Shown: piece after piece, positions 17,328 to 26,830 of the stretch
How the letters are laid out: each line of letters starts with the position of its first letter
Numbering within the stretch: position 1 is the stretch's first letter
Source: Acidimicrobiia bacterium
GTDB taxonomy: Bacteria > Actinomycetota > Acidimicrobiia > Spongiisociales > ZC4RG35
DNA: 64,000 bases
Assembly: GCA_040880725.1 (NCBI GenBank)
Contig: JBBDHV010000030.1
Coordinates: 26,643-90,642, forward strand
Direction: 5' to 3'
Notes under the pieces: model-generated
The model's database searches: none
The model's input: the letters and a program-made list of their open reading frames with translations, nothing else
What the model was told of the DNA's origin: nothing
Translations under genes and position numbers: made by a program

Positions 17328-18481
17328 TCCGCCTCGTTGCCGCCGTGGCCGCGATCGTCGCCGGCGTGCTCCTCCTCACCGAGGTGTCGATGCAGCCGAC
17401 CGCCGAGGAGCGTCGGTCGCTGGCGACGATCTACGCAGTGGCGGCGATCGTGACGGTCCTGGTCTTCGTCTGCGGACGGGCGATGAGCACCCGTCTGCGG
17501 TCGCTGGGTTCGTCGCTGCAGGTCATTGCCATCGCGTCCGTCGGTGTCGCGAGTCTCGCGGTGTTCCTCGCCGCCCAGACCATGTTTCTCTCCGTGCACG
17601 ACCGGAATCTCGTGCTCGCCGCGCTCGTGCTGGGCGTCGGGCTTGGTTCGGCGTTGGCGATCGCCTTCGGTCGGCAGGCCGGAGAGGACCTGGCACGAGT
17701 CAGTGATGCGGCAACTCGGGTCGCCTCCGGAGAGCTCTCCGCTCGCGCAGGTGTCATCCGCCGGGATGAGGTGGGCCGCTTGGCCGAGGCGTTCGACGCC
17801 ATGGCCGGCCAACTCGACGCTGCCCATAGGGAGCGGGCCGTGTTCATGGCTTCGGTGGGTCATGACTTGCGGACTCCACTGGCGTCACTGCAGGCGATGA
17901 TCGAGGCGGCGCAGGACCAGGTGGTCGAGGTCGACGACAGGTTGCTGTCCAGCATGGAGCGCGACATCGCTCATCTGTCCCGACTCGTCGAAGACCTGTT
18001 CCTGTTCTCACGGACCGAGGCGGGGACGATCGAGCTCCGCCTCGAGACCGTCGATCTGGCAGACCTGGCGGATGAAACCGCCGAGGTGCTGGCACCCATC
18101 GCCGCGAAGCGGGATGTGACCATCGAGACAGTGGGTAACGGCAGGGTGACGATCCAGGCTGATCCGTGGGCACTGGGGCGGGTTCTGCGAAATATCGTCG
18201 ACAACGCGGTGCGTTTCTCTCCTGATGGTGGCGTCGTACGGATCGGGGTCGACCGGATCGACGGCCGGGGGGTCGTCACGGTGTCCGACGATGGACCAGG
18301 GTTCCACGAAGAAATACGCGCAGTGGCGTTCGAGCGGTTCCGTCGGGGCGATGCTGCGAGGAGCAGGGACGGTTCAGGGTCTGGCCTCGGGCTGGCCATC
18401 GCCCGCGGACTGGTCGAAGCTCACGGTGGGGCGGTTTCCATCGAGGATGGTCCCGGCGGGCGGGTACGCGTCAATCTGTGA
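17324..18481 (+). CDS. HAMP sensor histidine kinase
   Basis: Four TM helices, HAMP, HDLRTPL, N box NIVDNA, DDGPG, GSGLGLAI. Confidence 0.95.
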   Translation: MIRLVAAVAAIVAGVLLLTEVSMQPTAEERRSLATIYAVAAIVTVLVFVCGRAMSTRLRSLGSSLQVIAIASVGVASLAVFLAAQTMFLSVHDRNLVLAALVLGVGLGSALAIAFGRQAGEDLARVSDAATRVASGELSARAGVIRRDEVGRLAEAFDAMAGQLDAAHRERAVFMASVGHDLRTPLASLQAMIEAAQDQVVEVDDRLLSSMERDIAHLSRLVEDLFLFSRTEAGTIELRLETVDLADLADETAEVLAPIAAKRDVTIETVGNGRVTIQADPWALGRVLRNIVDNAVRFSPDGGVVRIGVDRIDGRGVVTVSDDGPGFHEEIRAVAFERFRRGDAARSRDGSGSGLGLAIARGLVEAHGGAVSIEDGPGGRVRVNL

Positions 18482-19122
18482 CCGGCGACTGCGATCACGA
18501 CGCCCACCACCACTGCCGCGAGGTACCACTCGACCGGACCGCCGGAAATGGACACCCTGAGGGGTTCGGTCAAGGCGCGGACGCCTCCCGCGGCGGCGAT
18601 GCCGAGCCCGGTTGCCGTCCATGGACGGGTTGGGAATCCCGCGACGAGGACGGCCGCGACGACCATGCCGATCGCGGCGTAGAGCTCGACCGGGTGACGT
18701 GTCACCGCGGTACCGGCAGAGGTCATCGCCCACGGGACATCGGAGACAGTCCCGAGGCAGGTGCCGCGCCAGAGGCAGCCACCGTGCCATCCCGCCAGAC
18801 CGGCCAACGCCGCAGGTGCGAGCTGATCGAGGGCGGTGGGCAGCCGGTGGCGGTGGGTCCAGGCCAACGTCGCGAGTGCGCCGAGGGTGGCGAAGACGGT
18901 CGAGACGCCGCCGCGCACGATCAGGATGTCCCCGGGGCGGAGCAACGGGTTGACCCCCGTCCCGATCATCGCCGCCACCCTCCCGACTGCGAGACCCACC
19001 GCCGCCGCGCCGATCAGGGCGTCGGTGGGGCGGTCGACCTCCACACGGCGGGCGAGAAGACGATTGGTGACCCAGACTGCGGCGGCGCCGGTCAGCGCGG
19101 CAGCAAGCAGAGTGAGCTCCAT
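18421..19122 (-). CDS. Divergent Lgt-like membrane protein
   Basis: Lgt-like order of motifs: GR, RGG.S, LD..AP, G..G...D.PW, HP.ELY; catalytic positions altered. Confidence 0.7.
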   Translation of the reverse strand: MELTLLAAALTGAAAVWVTNRLLARRVEVDRPTDALIGAAAVGLAVGRVAAMIGTGVNPLLRPGDILIVRGGVSTVFATLGALATLAWTHRHRLPTALDQLAPAALAGLAGWHGGCLWRGTCLGTVSDVPWAMTSAGTAVTRHPVELYAAIGMVVAAVLVAGFPTRPWTATGLGIAAAGGVRALTEPLRVSISGGPVEWYLAAVVVGVVIAVAGHRLTRTRPPGPSSMETAPP

Positions 19123-19595
19123 CAGTCCTCGGCCAGGAGGTCGTCGATTCCGAGTGCGAGGGCGCTGTCGTCGATCACGCCGAAATGGGTTCGCATGATC
19201 TCGCCTCCTGGGCGGACGAACACAGTCACCGGAAGCCCGGTGGCGCCGAGATGTCCTCGGATCGCACCGGATCTGTCGAACCGGTTGTCGAATCTCAGTT
19301 CGAACTCGTCGAGGAAGGTGAGCGCGTCGGACTGTGTGTCTTCGGTCGCCACGCCGAGGAACGTCACGTCATCACCGAAGGTGGCGTGAGCCTCCCGCAG
19401 CAGCGGTGCCTCGGAACGGCACGGGATGCACCACGACGCCCACAGGTTCACGACCATCGGCCGTGGCGAGGCTTCGACCATCGCCTGGAATTCATCGACG
19501 GTGATCGGGTCCAGTTCACCATCGATGGGCGACATCTCATCCGAGCATGCACCGAGCACGGCGACGATGACGATGACGATGACGGCTCGGCGCAT
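19122..19595 (-). CDS. TlpA-family thioredoxin lipoprotein
   Basis: Lipobox LGAC, VNLWASWCIPCRSEAP, GLPVTVF. Confidence 0.92.
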   Translation of the reverse strand: MRRAVIVIVIVAVLGACSDEMSPIDGELDPITVDEFQAMVEASPRPMVVNLWASWCIPCRSEAPLLREAHATFGDDVTFLGVATEDTQSDALTFLDEFELRFDNRFDRSGAIRGHLGATGLPVTVFVRPGGEIMRTHFGVIDDSALALGIDDLLAED

Positions 19596-19642
19596 TCGGG
19601 CATGCTGGCACGACCGCCCGTCAAGCTCATGTCGGCCGTGTC

Positions 19643-20251
19643 TCAGCCGCGTCGTCCTTCGAGCACGTCGAGGACGATGTCCGGGTCGATGCCCCGCTCG
19701 GCGAGGACGACCAGCGTGTGATACACCAGGTCCGCGACCTCTTCGGCGACTCGGCGATCATCGGCTTTCCCGGCGGCGTGGTCTTTGGCGGCGAGCAGCA
19801 CCTCGACGGCCTCCTCGGCGACCTTGCGGCCCGGACCCTCGGGGCCGTCCTCGAGGAGCGAGGTCGTATACGAGCCGGCCGGGAGGTTGACAGCCCGGTC
19901 GGCGATGACGCTCCACAAGGCATCCAGCCGTGCGAACCCGGCACCCATCGCGTCATCGTCGAAGCACGTGACCGAACCGGTGTGACAGACCGGACCGGTC
20001 GGGCGGGCCATGACAAGGAGAGTGTCGTTGTCGCAGTCCCAGGCCGCAGATACGAACTCCAGCTGATTCCCACTGGATTCGCCCTTCTGCCACAGCTCGG
20101 TGCGCGACCTCGACCAAAACGTGACGAGACCCGACTCGTGGGTCAGCCGGTAGGCGTCTGCGTTCATCCACGCCAGCATCAGCACCCGGCCGGTATCGGG
20201 ATCCTGCACGATCGCCGGAACGAGGTCGGTGTCCGACTGCCACTCGGTCAT
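19643..20251 (-). CDS. hisIE: Bifunctional phosphoribosyl-AMP cyclohydrolase / phosphoribosyl-ATP pyrophosphatase
   Basis: SRSR..LW.KGE.SG, DCD.D, CHTG..TCF, SYT..L, K..EEA.E, E.ADL.YH. Confidence 0.95.
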   Translation of the reverse strand: MTEWQSDTDLVPAIVQDPDTGRVLMLAWMNADAYRLTHESGLVTFWSRSRTELWQKGESSGNQLEFVSAAWDCDNDTLLVMARPTGPVCHTGSVTCFDDDAMGAGFARLDALWSVIADRAVNLPAGSYTTSLLEDGPEGPGRKVAEEAVEVLLAAKDHAAGKADDRRVAEEVADLVYHTLVVLAERGIDPDIVLDVLEGRRG

Positions 20252-21015
20252 GGCGCACTCCGAACCGGGATTCCTGCACGTGCCATCGCCGCTTTCACCG
20301 TGGCGATGTCGATCTCGCGGCGGTGAAAGATGGAAGCTGCGAGCACCGCAGACGCGCCGCCGTCGGTCACAGCGGCCACGCAGTGGTCGACTGTCCCCGC
20401 CCCGCCGGACGCGATGACCGGGACCTCGACGGCGTCGGAGACGGCCCTGGTCAGTTCGATGTCGAAGCCGTCCTTGGTGCCGTCTGCGTCCATCGATGTG
20501 AGGAGGATTTCGCCGGCTCCACGCTCGACCCCCTCGATTGCCCAGGCGATCGCATCCCGGCCGGTGGGCGTTCTCCCGCCGTTGACCACGACGTCGAATC
20601 CGCCGGCGGGGCGGCGACGGGCGTCGATGGCGAGAACGACGCACTGGCGTCCGAACCGGGCGGCGCACTCACTGATGAGTTCGGGCCTCGCCGTGGCGGC
20701 AGTGTTCACGCCCACTTTGTCGGCACCGGCCCGCAATGTGGCTTTCATGTCGTCTGGGGTGCGGACACCACCCCCCACGGTCAGCGGGACGAAGACGTTC
20801 TCGGCGGTACGACGGACGACGTCGAGCATCGTCGGTCGTCCGTCCGGCGAGGCGGAGATGTCGAGATAACAGATCTCGTCCGCCCCCTCTGCCGCGTAGC
20901 GCTCGGCCAGTTCCACCGGGTCGCCCTCGTCGGTGAGGTTGACGAAGTTGACGCCTTTGACGACCCGTCCGTCCCGGACGTCGAGACACGGGATCACCCT
21001 GGTGCGCACGTTCAT
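20248..21015 (-). CDS. hisF: Imidazole glycerol phosphate synthase cyclase subunit
   Basis: [33 protein letters not shown]. Confidence 0.97.
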   Translation of the reverse strand: MNVRTRVIPCLDVRDGRVVKGVNFVNLTDEGDPVELAERYAAEGADEICYLDISASPDGRPTMLDVVRRTAENVFVPLTVGGGVRTPDDMKATLRAGADKVGVNTAATARPELISECAARFGRQCVVLAIDARRRPAGGFDVVVNGGRTPTGRDAIAWAIEGVERGAGEILLTSMDADGTKDGFDIELTRAVSDAVEVPVIASGGAGTVDHCVAAVTDGGASAVLAASIFHRREIDIATVKAAMARAGIPVRSAP

Positions 21016-21626
21016 GCCCGTGCTCGGATCGTCGACGCCACGAAGTTCCCGAGCATCGCCAGACCGACGGGTCCCGAACGCTCGGGATGAAACTGGGTTC
21101 CCGCCACGAGTCCGCTGCGAACCGCAGCAACAAAAGGCCGGCCGTGAGACGAGCGAGCGATGACGACGTCGGCCGAACTCGGCACCGGAGCGTAGGAGTG
21201 CACGAAATACACCTCCGGGGACGGGTCGAGACCGTCGAACAGCGGGTCCGGCTCCGTGTCGAGGACGTTCCAGCCGATGTGGGGGAGCGTCGGCGCATCC
21301 CGCAGCCTTTCGGTGGTGCCTTCGATCAGGCCGAGCCCGACCGCACCGTCCTCTGCCGACCCCTCGAAGAGCACCTGCATTCCCACACAGATCCCGAGGA
21401 GCGGGTGCGGCCAGTCCTTCAGCACAGGCTCGAAGCCGCCGGAGCGGATCCCGTCCATGACGGTGGCAGTCGCCCCCACCCCGGGGAGGACGACGCCCGC
21501 GGAACCGTCGAGGTCGTCGGGGGAGGTGGCGATGCGTACGGAGGCTCCGACACGTTCGAGCCCGCGCGCGATCGATATCAGATTGCCCGCACCGTGGTCG
21601 ATGACTGCGATGAGCGGCCGCGTCAT
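21012..21626 (-). CDS. hisH: Imidazole glycerol phosphate synthase glutaminase subunit
   Basis: [34 protein letters not shown]. Confidence 0.96.
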   Translation of the reverse strand: MTRPLIAVIDHGAGNLISIARGLERVGASVRIATSPDDLDGSAGVVLPGVGATATVMDGIRSGGFEPVLKDWPHPLLGICVGMQVLFEGSAEDGAVGLGLIEGTTERLRDAPTLPHIGWNVLDTEPDPLFDGLDPSPEVYFVHSYAPVPSSADVVIARSSHGRPFVAAVRSGLVAGTQFHPERSGPVGLAMLGNFVASTIRARA

Positions 21627-21636
21627 GGGAGTCCGC

Positions 21637-22227
21637 TCACGTCAATGTGCCTTTCGTCGACGCCACTCCGCTGCGGCGGGGATCCGCGGTGACGGCGGCG
21701 CGCAGTGACCTGGCGAGCGCCTTGAATCCCGCCTCGGCAACATGGTGATCGTTGAAGCCGGTGACGGTGAGGTGGATGGAGAACCCGCCGGTGCGCGCCA
21801 GCGACTCGATGGCATGTGACAGGTTCTGGGTGGAGCAGTTGCCGATCGAAGACTGTCGGAAGGCCATGTCGATGACGGCGTACGGTCGGCCGCTCAGATC
21901 GATGGCACAGCGTGCCAACGCCTCGTCCATGGGGACGGACGCATCGCCGAAGCGCTGAATACCGGCACGGTCGCCGAGGGCATCGGACAGCGCTGACCCC
22001 AACGCCAGGGCGGTGTCTTCGACGGTGTGGTGGTCGTCGATCTCCAAGTCTCCCTTGGTGGCGATCCGCAGGTCGAACAGGGCGTGTGATCCGAGGGAGG
22101 TGAGAAGGTGGTCGAAGAATCCGACGCCCGTGTCGACGGACACGACTCCTGCACCGTCGAGATCGAGTTCGACCTCGACCGCGGTTTCCTTGGTGGTGCG
22201 ATCCACCCGGCTCGTTCGGGACATCAT
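21637..22227 (-). CDS. hisB: Imidazoleglycerol-phosphate dehydratase
   Basis: RTTKET, DDHHTVED, PMDEAL, NDHHVAE. Confidence 0.96.
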   Translation of the reverse strand: MMSRTSRVDRTTKETAVEVELDLDGAGVVSVDTGVGFFDHLLTSLGSHALFDLRIATKGDLEIDDHHTVEDTALALGSALSDALGDRAGIQRFGDASVPMDEALARCAIDLSGRPYAVIDMAFRQSSIGNCSTQNLSHAIESLARTGGFSIHLTVTGFNDHHVAEAGFKALARSLRAAVTADPRRSGVASTKGTLT

Positions 22228-23519
22228 TTCTCCTGTGGTCGTTCGAAGCGGATCCTGGCAGCGAGAGCGTGGGCGTCGAGGCCTTCGGCCTCGGCGAGAC
22301 CGGTGATCGTCGGAAGGAGAGTTCGCAGACCGCCTTCGTCGAGCGTCTGAAACTGTGTCCACGAACCGAAGTCCTCAACCGCGAGCGGCCCACAGGCGGC
22401 GGCAAGCCCACCAGTCGGGAGGACGTGGTTGGCGCCGGTGGCGTAGTCGCCTGCGGATTCCGGTGACCACCGTCCGATGTACACCGAGCCCGCGGCGCGT
22501 ATTTCTCTGCCGGCCGCTTCGGGCGATGCGGTGTGGACCGACACATGCTCGCCGGCGTAGCGGTTGGCGATGTCGATCATCGTCGCACGGTCGTCCACGA
22601 GGACTGAGACTCCATGGGAGCCGAGTGCCTGTTCGAGAATGGCCCCGCGGCGAACGCGTCCGAGCAACTCGGTGATCGCCTCGTCGACCTGGTCGGCGAG
22701 CTGCGGGTCGTCGGTGACGAGGATGGCGGGGGAGTCGGGGCCGTGCTCGGCCTGGCACAGGAGGTCCGCGGCCACCAGATACGGATCAGCGGTGTCGTCG
22801 GCGATCACCAGGACCTCGCTGGGGCCGGCCGGAAGGTCGATCGCGACAGTTCCGTAGACGGCCAACTTGGCCGCAGTCACCCAGCTGTTGCCGGGTCCAA
22901 CGATCTTCTGGACGGGTCGTAGGTCTCCGGCGCCGTGCGCGAGTGCGGCGACCGCCTGGGCTCCTCCGACCGCCCACAGCTCGTCGACCTCGAGGATGGC
23001 GCACGCTGCAGCCAGCGTCGGATCGACCGAGCCGTCCGCAGCTGCGGGCGACGCGACGACGACTTCGGTGACGCCTGCGACGCGGGCAGGAACCACGGTC
23101 ATCACCACGGTCGACGGATACGCCGCCTTTCCTCCCGGGACGTAGCAGCCGACCCGATCGAGGGGTGACCACCTCCGCTCGATGCGGACCCCGGGTGTCG
23201 GCTCGGTGACCGTTGGCACGGGCTTCTGGGTGCGGTGATAGATCTCGACGGCAGAGGCCGACGCGTGGATCGCGTCCTGGACGTTGGCAGGGGTGGCCGC
23301 ACGCGCGGTCTGAAGCTCCTCGGTCGTGACCCGTCGGAATCCGCCTCCGAAGCGCTCGGCGTACTCGACGACGGCCGCAGTTCCCCGTGCACCGACGTCG
23401 TCACAGATCCGTATCGCACCGGCGCGCACTTCTGGGTCAGGAACCGCACTGCGCCGCAGGAGTTGGCTGCGCGCGGTGTCGTCGGCATCGGACCACACCA
23501 GACGTCGGAGAAGAGTCAT
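22224..23519 (-). CDS. hisD: Histidinol dehydrogenase
   Basis: YVPGG.A.YPS, GGAQA, GPGN, AGPSE, QAEH, GDY..G.NHVLPT. Confidence 0.96.
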   Translation of the reverse strand: MTLLRRLVWSDADDTARSQLLRRSAVPDPEVRAGAIRICDDVGARGTAAVVEYAERFGGGFRRVTTEELQTARAATPANVQDAIHASASAVEIYHRTQKPVPTVTEPTPGVRIERRWSPLDRVGCYVPGGKAAYPSTVVMTVVPARVAGVTEVVVASPAAADGSVDPTLAAACAILEVDELWAVGGAQAVAALAHGAGDLRPVQKIVGPGNSWVTAAKLAVYGTVAIDLPAGPSEVLVIADDTADPYLVAADLLCQAEHGPDSPAILVTDDPQLADQVDEAITELLGRVRRGAILEQALGSHGVSVLVDDRATMIDIANRYAGEHVSVHTASPEAAGREIRAAGSVYIGRWSPESAGDYATGANHVLPTGGLAAACGPLAVEDFGSWTQFQTLDEGGLRTLLPTITGLAEAEGLDAHALAARIRFERPQEK

Positions 23520-24361
23520 CCGAGAACCTGGGTGATCGGAAGCACGAGAATGCCCCGGCCCCCTGCGGTCTCGAGGCGCGGTAACAGGTTCCAGACGTCA
23601 CCGGCGGACACCACCGAGTGGATCGCCACCCAGCCTTCTTCGGCGAGCGGCACGACCGTCGGTGCTTCGAGCCCCGGAATGATGCGGGCGATCTCGGGGA
23701 CTGCGGACTGCGGGGCGTTGAGGACGATGTACCGCTTGGAGCGTGCTCCGACCACCGAACGCAGTGCCGTTTCGAGCCGGGCGGCCTCGGCGTGGGAGTG
23801 ATCTGCCCGCCACACCAGCACCGCCTGGGACTCGAGCAGCGTGCCGATCTCGCGCAGTCCGTTGACGACGAGCGTCGAACCGGTGGAGACGAGATCGACG
23901 ATCGCGTCCGCAATGCCCAGTTTCGGTGCGACCTCCACCGAACCGCGCAGCTGGACCACGTCGACCGAGATCCCGCGCTCGTCGAAGAAGCTCTGGGCGA
24001 TGTGGGGGTGGGAGGTGGCGAGGCGGCGGCCGGCCAGATCCTCGAAGCTCGTGGCGTCAGAGGTGCTGGGGACGGCGGCGGACACCCGGCAATGCCCGAA
24101 GCCCAATTCCAGGACCTGCTCGAGCTCGGAGCCGTCCTCGGCGAGAAGGTCCTGGCCGGTGATTCCCGCGTCCGCGACTCCGTCGTCGACCAATTCGGGA
24201 ATGTCTTCGGTTCGCACGAACAGCAACTCGATGGAGGCATTGCGGACGCGGGCAGTGAGCGAGCGGTCGGTCACTTCGAAGCTGAGACCGGCATCTTTGA
24301 GGAGCCGGATGGTGGGTTCGTTGAGGCGGCCCTTGTTGGGCACGGCAAGGCGGACCGTCAT
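23516..24361 (-). CDS. hisG: ATP phosphoribosyltransferase, long form
   Basis: AVPNKGRL, R..DIP, GSVE.AP..G.AD.IVDLVSTG.TL, C-terminal PG...PT regulatory domain. Confidence 0.96.
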   Translation of the reverse strand: MTVRLAVPNKGRLNEPTIRLLKDAGLSFEVTDRSLTARVRNASIELLFVRTEDIPELVDDGVADAGITGQDLLAEDGSELEQVLELGFGHCRVSAAVPSTSDATSFEDLAGRRLATSHPHIAQSFFDERGISVDVVQLRGSVEVAPKLGIADAIVDLVSTGSTLVVNGLREIGTLLESQAVLVWRADHSHAEAARLETALRSVVGARSKRYIVLNAPQSAVPEIARIIPGLEAPTVVPLAEEGWVAIHSVVSAGDVWNLLPRLETAGGRGILVLPITQVLG

Positions 24362-24654
24362 GTCGCCAGCCGGTCGAGCATGGCCCGGTACCCGCCTGCG
24401 CCGTGCTGGCGCCACTGGTTGATGCGGGTGATGGTGGCGGTGGAGGCTCCCGTCGTAGCCGAGATCTCCCGGTAGGGGAGCCCGGATTCGAGCAGCCGGG
24501 CGATCGCCCAGCGGGAGCTCATCTCCTCCAACTCCCGACGGGTGCAGAGGTCGCGGAAGAACGCCGCCGCTTCTTCGACGGTCTCCAGGCGGAGGATCGT
24601 TTCGAAGAGGGTGCGCGTGTCGTCGGTACGCCAGTCGTCGTTGGGGAGTGTCAT
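24358..24654 (-). CDS. YerC/YecD TrpR-like regulator (HisR candidate)
   Basis: FFRDLCT..E...M..RW, YREI...TGASTATITR; first gene of his operon, overlaps hisG start. Confidence 0.9.
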   Translation of the reverse strand: MTLPNDDWRTDDTRTLFETILRLETVEEAAAFFRDLCTRRELEEMSSRWAIARLLESGLPYREISATTGASTATITRINQWRQHGAGGYRAMLDRLAT

Positions 24655-24703
24655 GTGCCCTCGCCGGGTTGCGGAATGATAGGGTGGTGTTTCACGCAGG
24701 AAG

Positions 24704-24723
24704 CACTTTAGCACATTAACACA
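24704..24723. promoter_or_regulatory. Candidate HisR operator CACTTTA-gcacat-TAACACA
   Basis: AT-rich imperfect palindrome between divergent hisR and hisA; resembles the Firmicute HisR consensus YACTTTA-N6-TAAAGYR as I recall it. Confidence 0.65.
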
Positions 24724-24745
24724 GACCCGAGGACGAGAGGTTCGA

Positions 24746-25453
24746 ATGCTCGAAATCATCCCGGCCGTCGACGTTCTCGACGGCGCCGTCGTACGCCTCA
24801 CCCACGGGGACTTCGACGCAGTCACCGTGTACGACGACTCGCCGGTCGGCAGGGCGAAGCGGTGGATGGACGAGGGTGCGTCCCTCGTTCACGTCGTCGA
24901 TCTCGATGGCGCCCGCACCGGAACGCCCGATCGGGGTTTGTGGGACACCCTCGCGTCGGCGGGAGTTGCGTTCCAGGTCGGGGGAGGGATCCGTACCGCG
25001 GAGACCGCACGCTCCGCGCTGGCCGCGGGAGCCGAACGGGTCGTGCTCGGGACTGCCGCCGTCTGGAACCCCGACGTGCTCGGTGCGATCGACCAGGCTG
25101 ATCGCGTCGTCGCCGCGGTTGACGTCCGCGGTGGCCGCGCCACGGGTGCTGGATGGCTCGACGAGGGCCGTGCCGTCGGCGACGTCCTCGACGACCTCGC
25201 CGCCCGCGGGGTGGCAAGGCTCCTCGTCACCGGGATCGGTCGCGACGGCACCATGGAGGGTCCCGAGATGGAGTTGTTGGATGCGGTGCTCGCCGACCAA
25301 CGCTTCGCGATCATCGCCTCCGGCGGGGTCGGCACGCTCGACGACCTCCGGCGCGTCGCCGAGGCCGGCTGTGAAGCCGTGATCGTCGGTCGAGCCCTCT
25401 ACGAGTCCCGCTTCACCCTCCCCCAAGCCCTCGCCGCCATTTCGCGTTTTTAG
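24746..25453 (+). CDS. hisA: ProFAR isomerase HisA
   Basis: IIPAVD..DG..VRL..G, HVVDLDGA, QVGGGIR, T.I.RDG, IASGG. Confidence 0.95.
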   Translation: MLEIIPAVDVLDGAVVRLTHGDFDAVTVYDDSPVGRAKRWMDEGASLVHVVDLDGARTGTPDRGLWDTLASAGVAFQVGGGIRTAETARSALAAGAERVVLGTAAVWNPDVLGAIDQADRVVAAVDVRGGRATGAGWLDEGRAVGDVLDDLAARGVARLLVTGIGRDGTMEGPEMELLDAVLADQRFAIIASGGVGTLDDLRRVAEAGCEAVIVGRALYESRFTLPQALAAISRF

Positions 25454-25575
25454 CGGGGCAGCGGTTCATGGATGAACCGGAACGCAGACCAAAACGGCTT
25501 ACGGGTGTCGGCCGGATTGTTCACGATTTCTATCACGCGAAGCGCGTCGTTTCTGACGCGCTGGTTCGCTAAGAA
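25447..25575 (-). mobile_element. 129-bp 'empty' A-B element (palindrome A 25528-25575, 33-nt spacer, palindrome B 25447-25494), MITE/REPIN-like
   Basis: Both halves match the flanks of gene 6832-8175; outer ends form a 13/17 terminal inverted repeat; mobility is inferred. Confidence 0.65.
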
Positions 25576-25621
25576 CGCGTTCGGGTCCGGGGTAGATTGG
25601 GGGGAGCGAATGGAGTGGCGT

Positions 25622-26830
25622 ATGGATTTTGAGTGGCCCGAATCTGCGGAGGCGGTCCGGCGCGAGGCGCGGGAATGGCTGGACGAAGTGCTCGCAGAGG
25701 ACTGGGGGGGCACCGGGACCATTCCCACCTCCGAACTCGGCGACTGGATCCAGCAGTGGCGCAAGCAACTCGCCGACGGAGGGTGGATCGGACTCGAGTG
25801 GCCGACCGAGTACGGCGGGCGGGGCCTGTCGGAGATCGAGGCGATCGCGGTCATGGAGGAGTTCGCCAAGGCCGGAGTGCCGATTCATGGTCCCAACGAT
25901 GCGTTCTCAGTGGGGATGCTCGGCAACACCCTCCTCGCCCTCGGGTCCGAAGAACAGAAACAGCTTCTCATCCCGCGGATCATCAGCGGAGAGGATGTGT
26001 GGTGTCAGGGCTACTCCGAACCGGAGGCGGGTTCGGATCTCGCCGGGGTGAAGACCCGGGCGATCCTCGACGGTGACGAGTGGGTCATCAACGGCCAGAA
26101 GGTGTGGACCTCGGCGGGTCATCTCGCCAACTGGATCTTCGTCCTCGCCCGGACCGACCCCGAAGCAGCCAAGCATCGGGGGATCTCGTTCCTCTTGGTT
26201 CCGATGGACCAGCCCGGGGTCGAGGTCAGGCCGATCCAGATGCTGTCGGGTGACTCCGAATTCAACGAGGTGTTCTTCACCGACGCCCGGACTGCCCGCG
26301 CCAACATCATCGGCGAGGTGAACGACGGGTGGCGGGTGGCGATGACGTTGCTGGGCTTCGAGAGAGGCAAGGACGCGGCGGTCGCATCACTCGCATTCCG
26401 CCACGAGCTCGACCGCCTGGTGGCACTCGCCAAGGAGAACGGCGCGATCGACGACCCGCTCATTCGTGAGCGGCTCGTCCGGGCGCACGAACGGGTGGAG
26501 ATCATGCGGTTCATGGGCTATTCCCAGCTCACGAAGTTCGCACAGGGCCACAAGCCGGGACCCGACGCCGCGCTGACCAAGGTCTGGTGGTCCGAGCATC
26601 ACACCGCGCTCACCGACCTGGCGATGGACATCCTCGGCCCGGACGGTCTGATCGCCGAGGGCCGGCGTCCCTCGTCGGCATTCCGCACCGACGACTGGGG
26701 GGCGCCGAACAGCACGGCGTCGTGGCAGACGGTCTTCCTGAATGCCCGGGCGGGCACCATTTACGCCGGTACCAGCCAGATCCAGCGCAACATCATCGGG
26801 GAGATGATGCTGGGTCTCCCGAAGGGTTGA
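25622..26830 (+). CDS. Acyl-CoA dehydrogenase
   Basis: WP.EYGG.G, WCQGYSEP.AGSDLA, INGQKVWTS, FNEVFF, TIYAGTSQIQRNII. Confidence 0.95.
   Translation: MDFEWPESAEAVRREAREWLDEVLAEDWGGTGTIPTSELGDWIQQWRKQLADGGWIGLEWPTEYGGRGLSEIEAIAVMEEFAKAGVPIHGPNDAFSVGMLGNTLLALGSEEQKQLLIPRIISGEDVWCQGYSEPEAGSDLAGVKTRAILDGDEWVINGQKVWTSAGHLANWIFVLARTDPEAAKHRGISFLLVPMDQPGVEVRPIQMLSGDSEFNEVFFTDARTARANIIGEVNDGWRVAMTLLGFERGKDAAVASLAFRHELDRLVALAKENGAIDDPLIRERLVRAHERVEIMRFMGYSQLTKFAQGHKPGPDAALTKVWWSEHHTALTDLAMDILGPDGLIAEGRRPSSAFRTDDWGAPNSTASWQTVFLNARAGTIYAGTSQIQRNIIGEMMLGLPKG

Noticed and set aside
18421-18481. Convergent 3' overlaps (also 26793-26830, 31053-31060, 50134-50164, 63666-63679) as antisense regulation
   Set aside because: Short overlaps are common where stop codons are scarce; no further evidence
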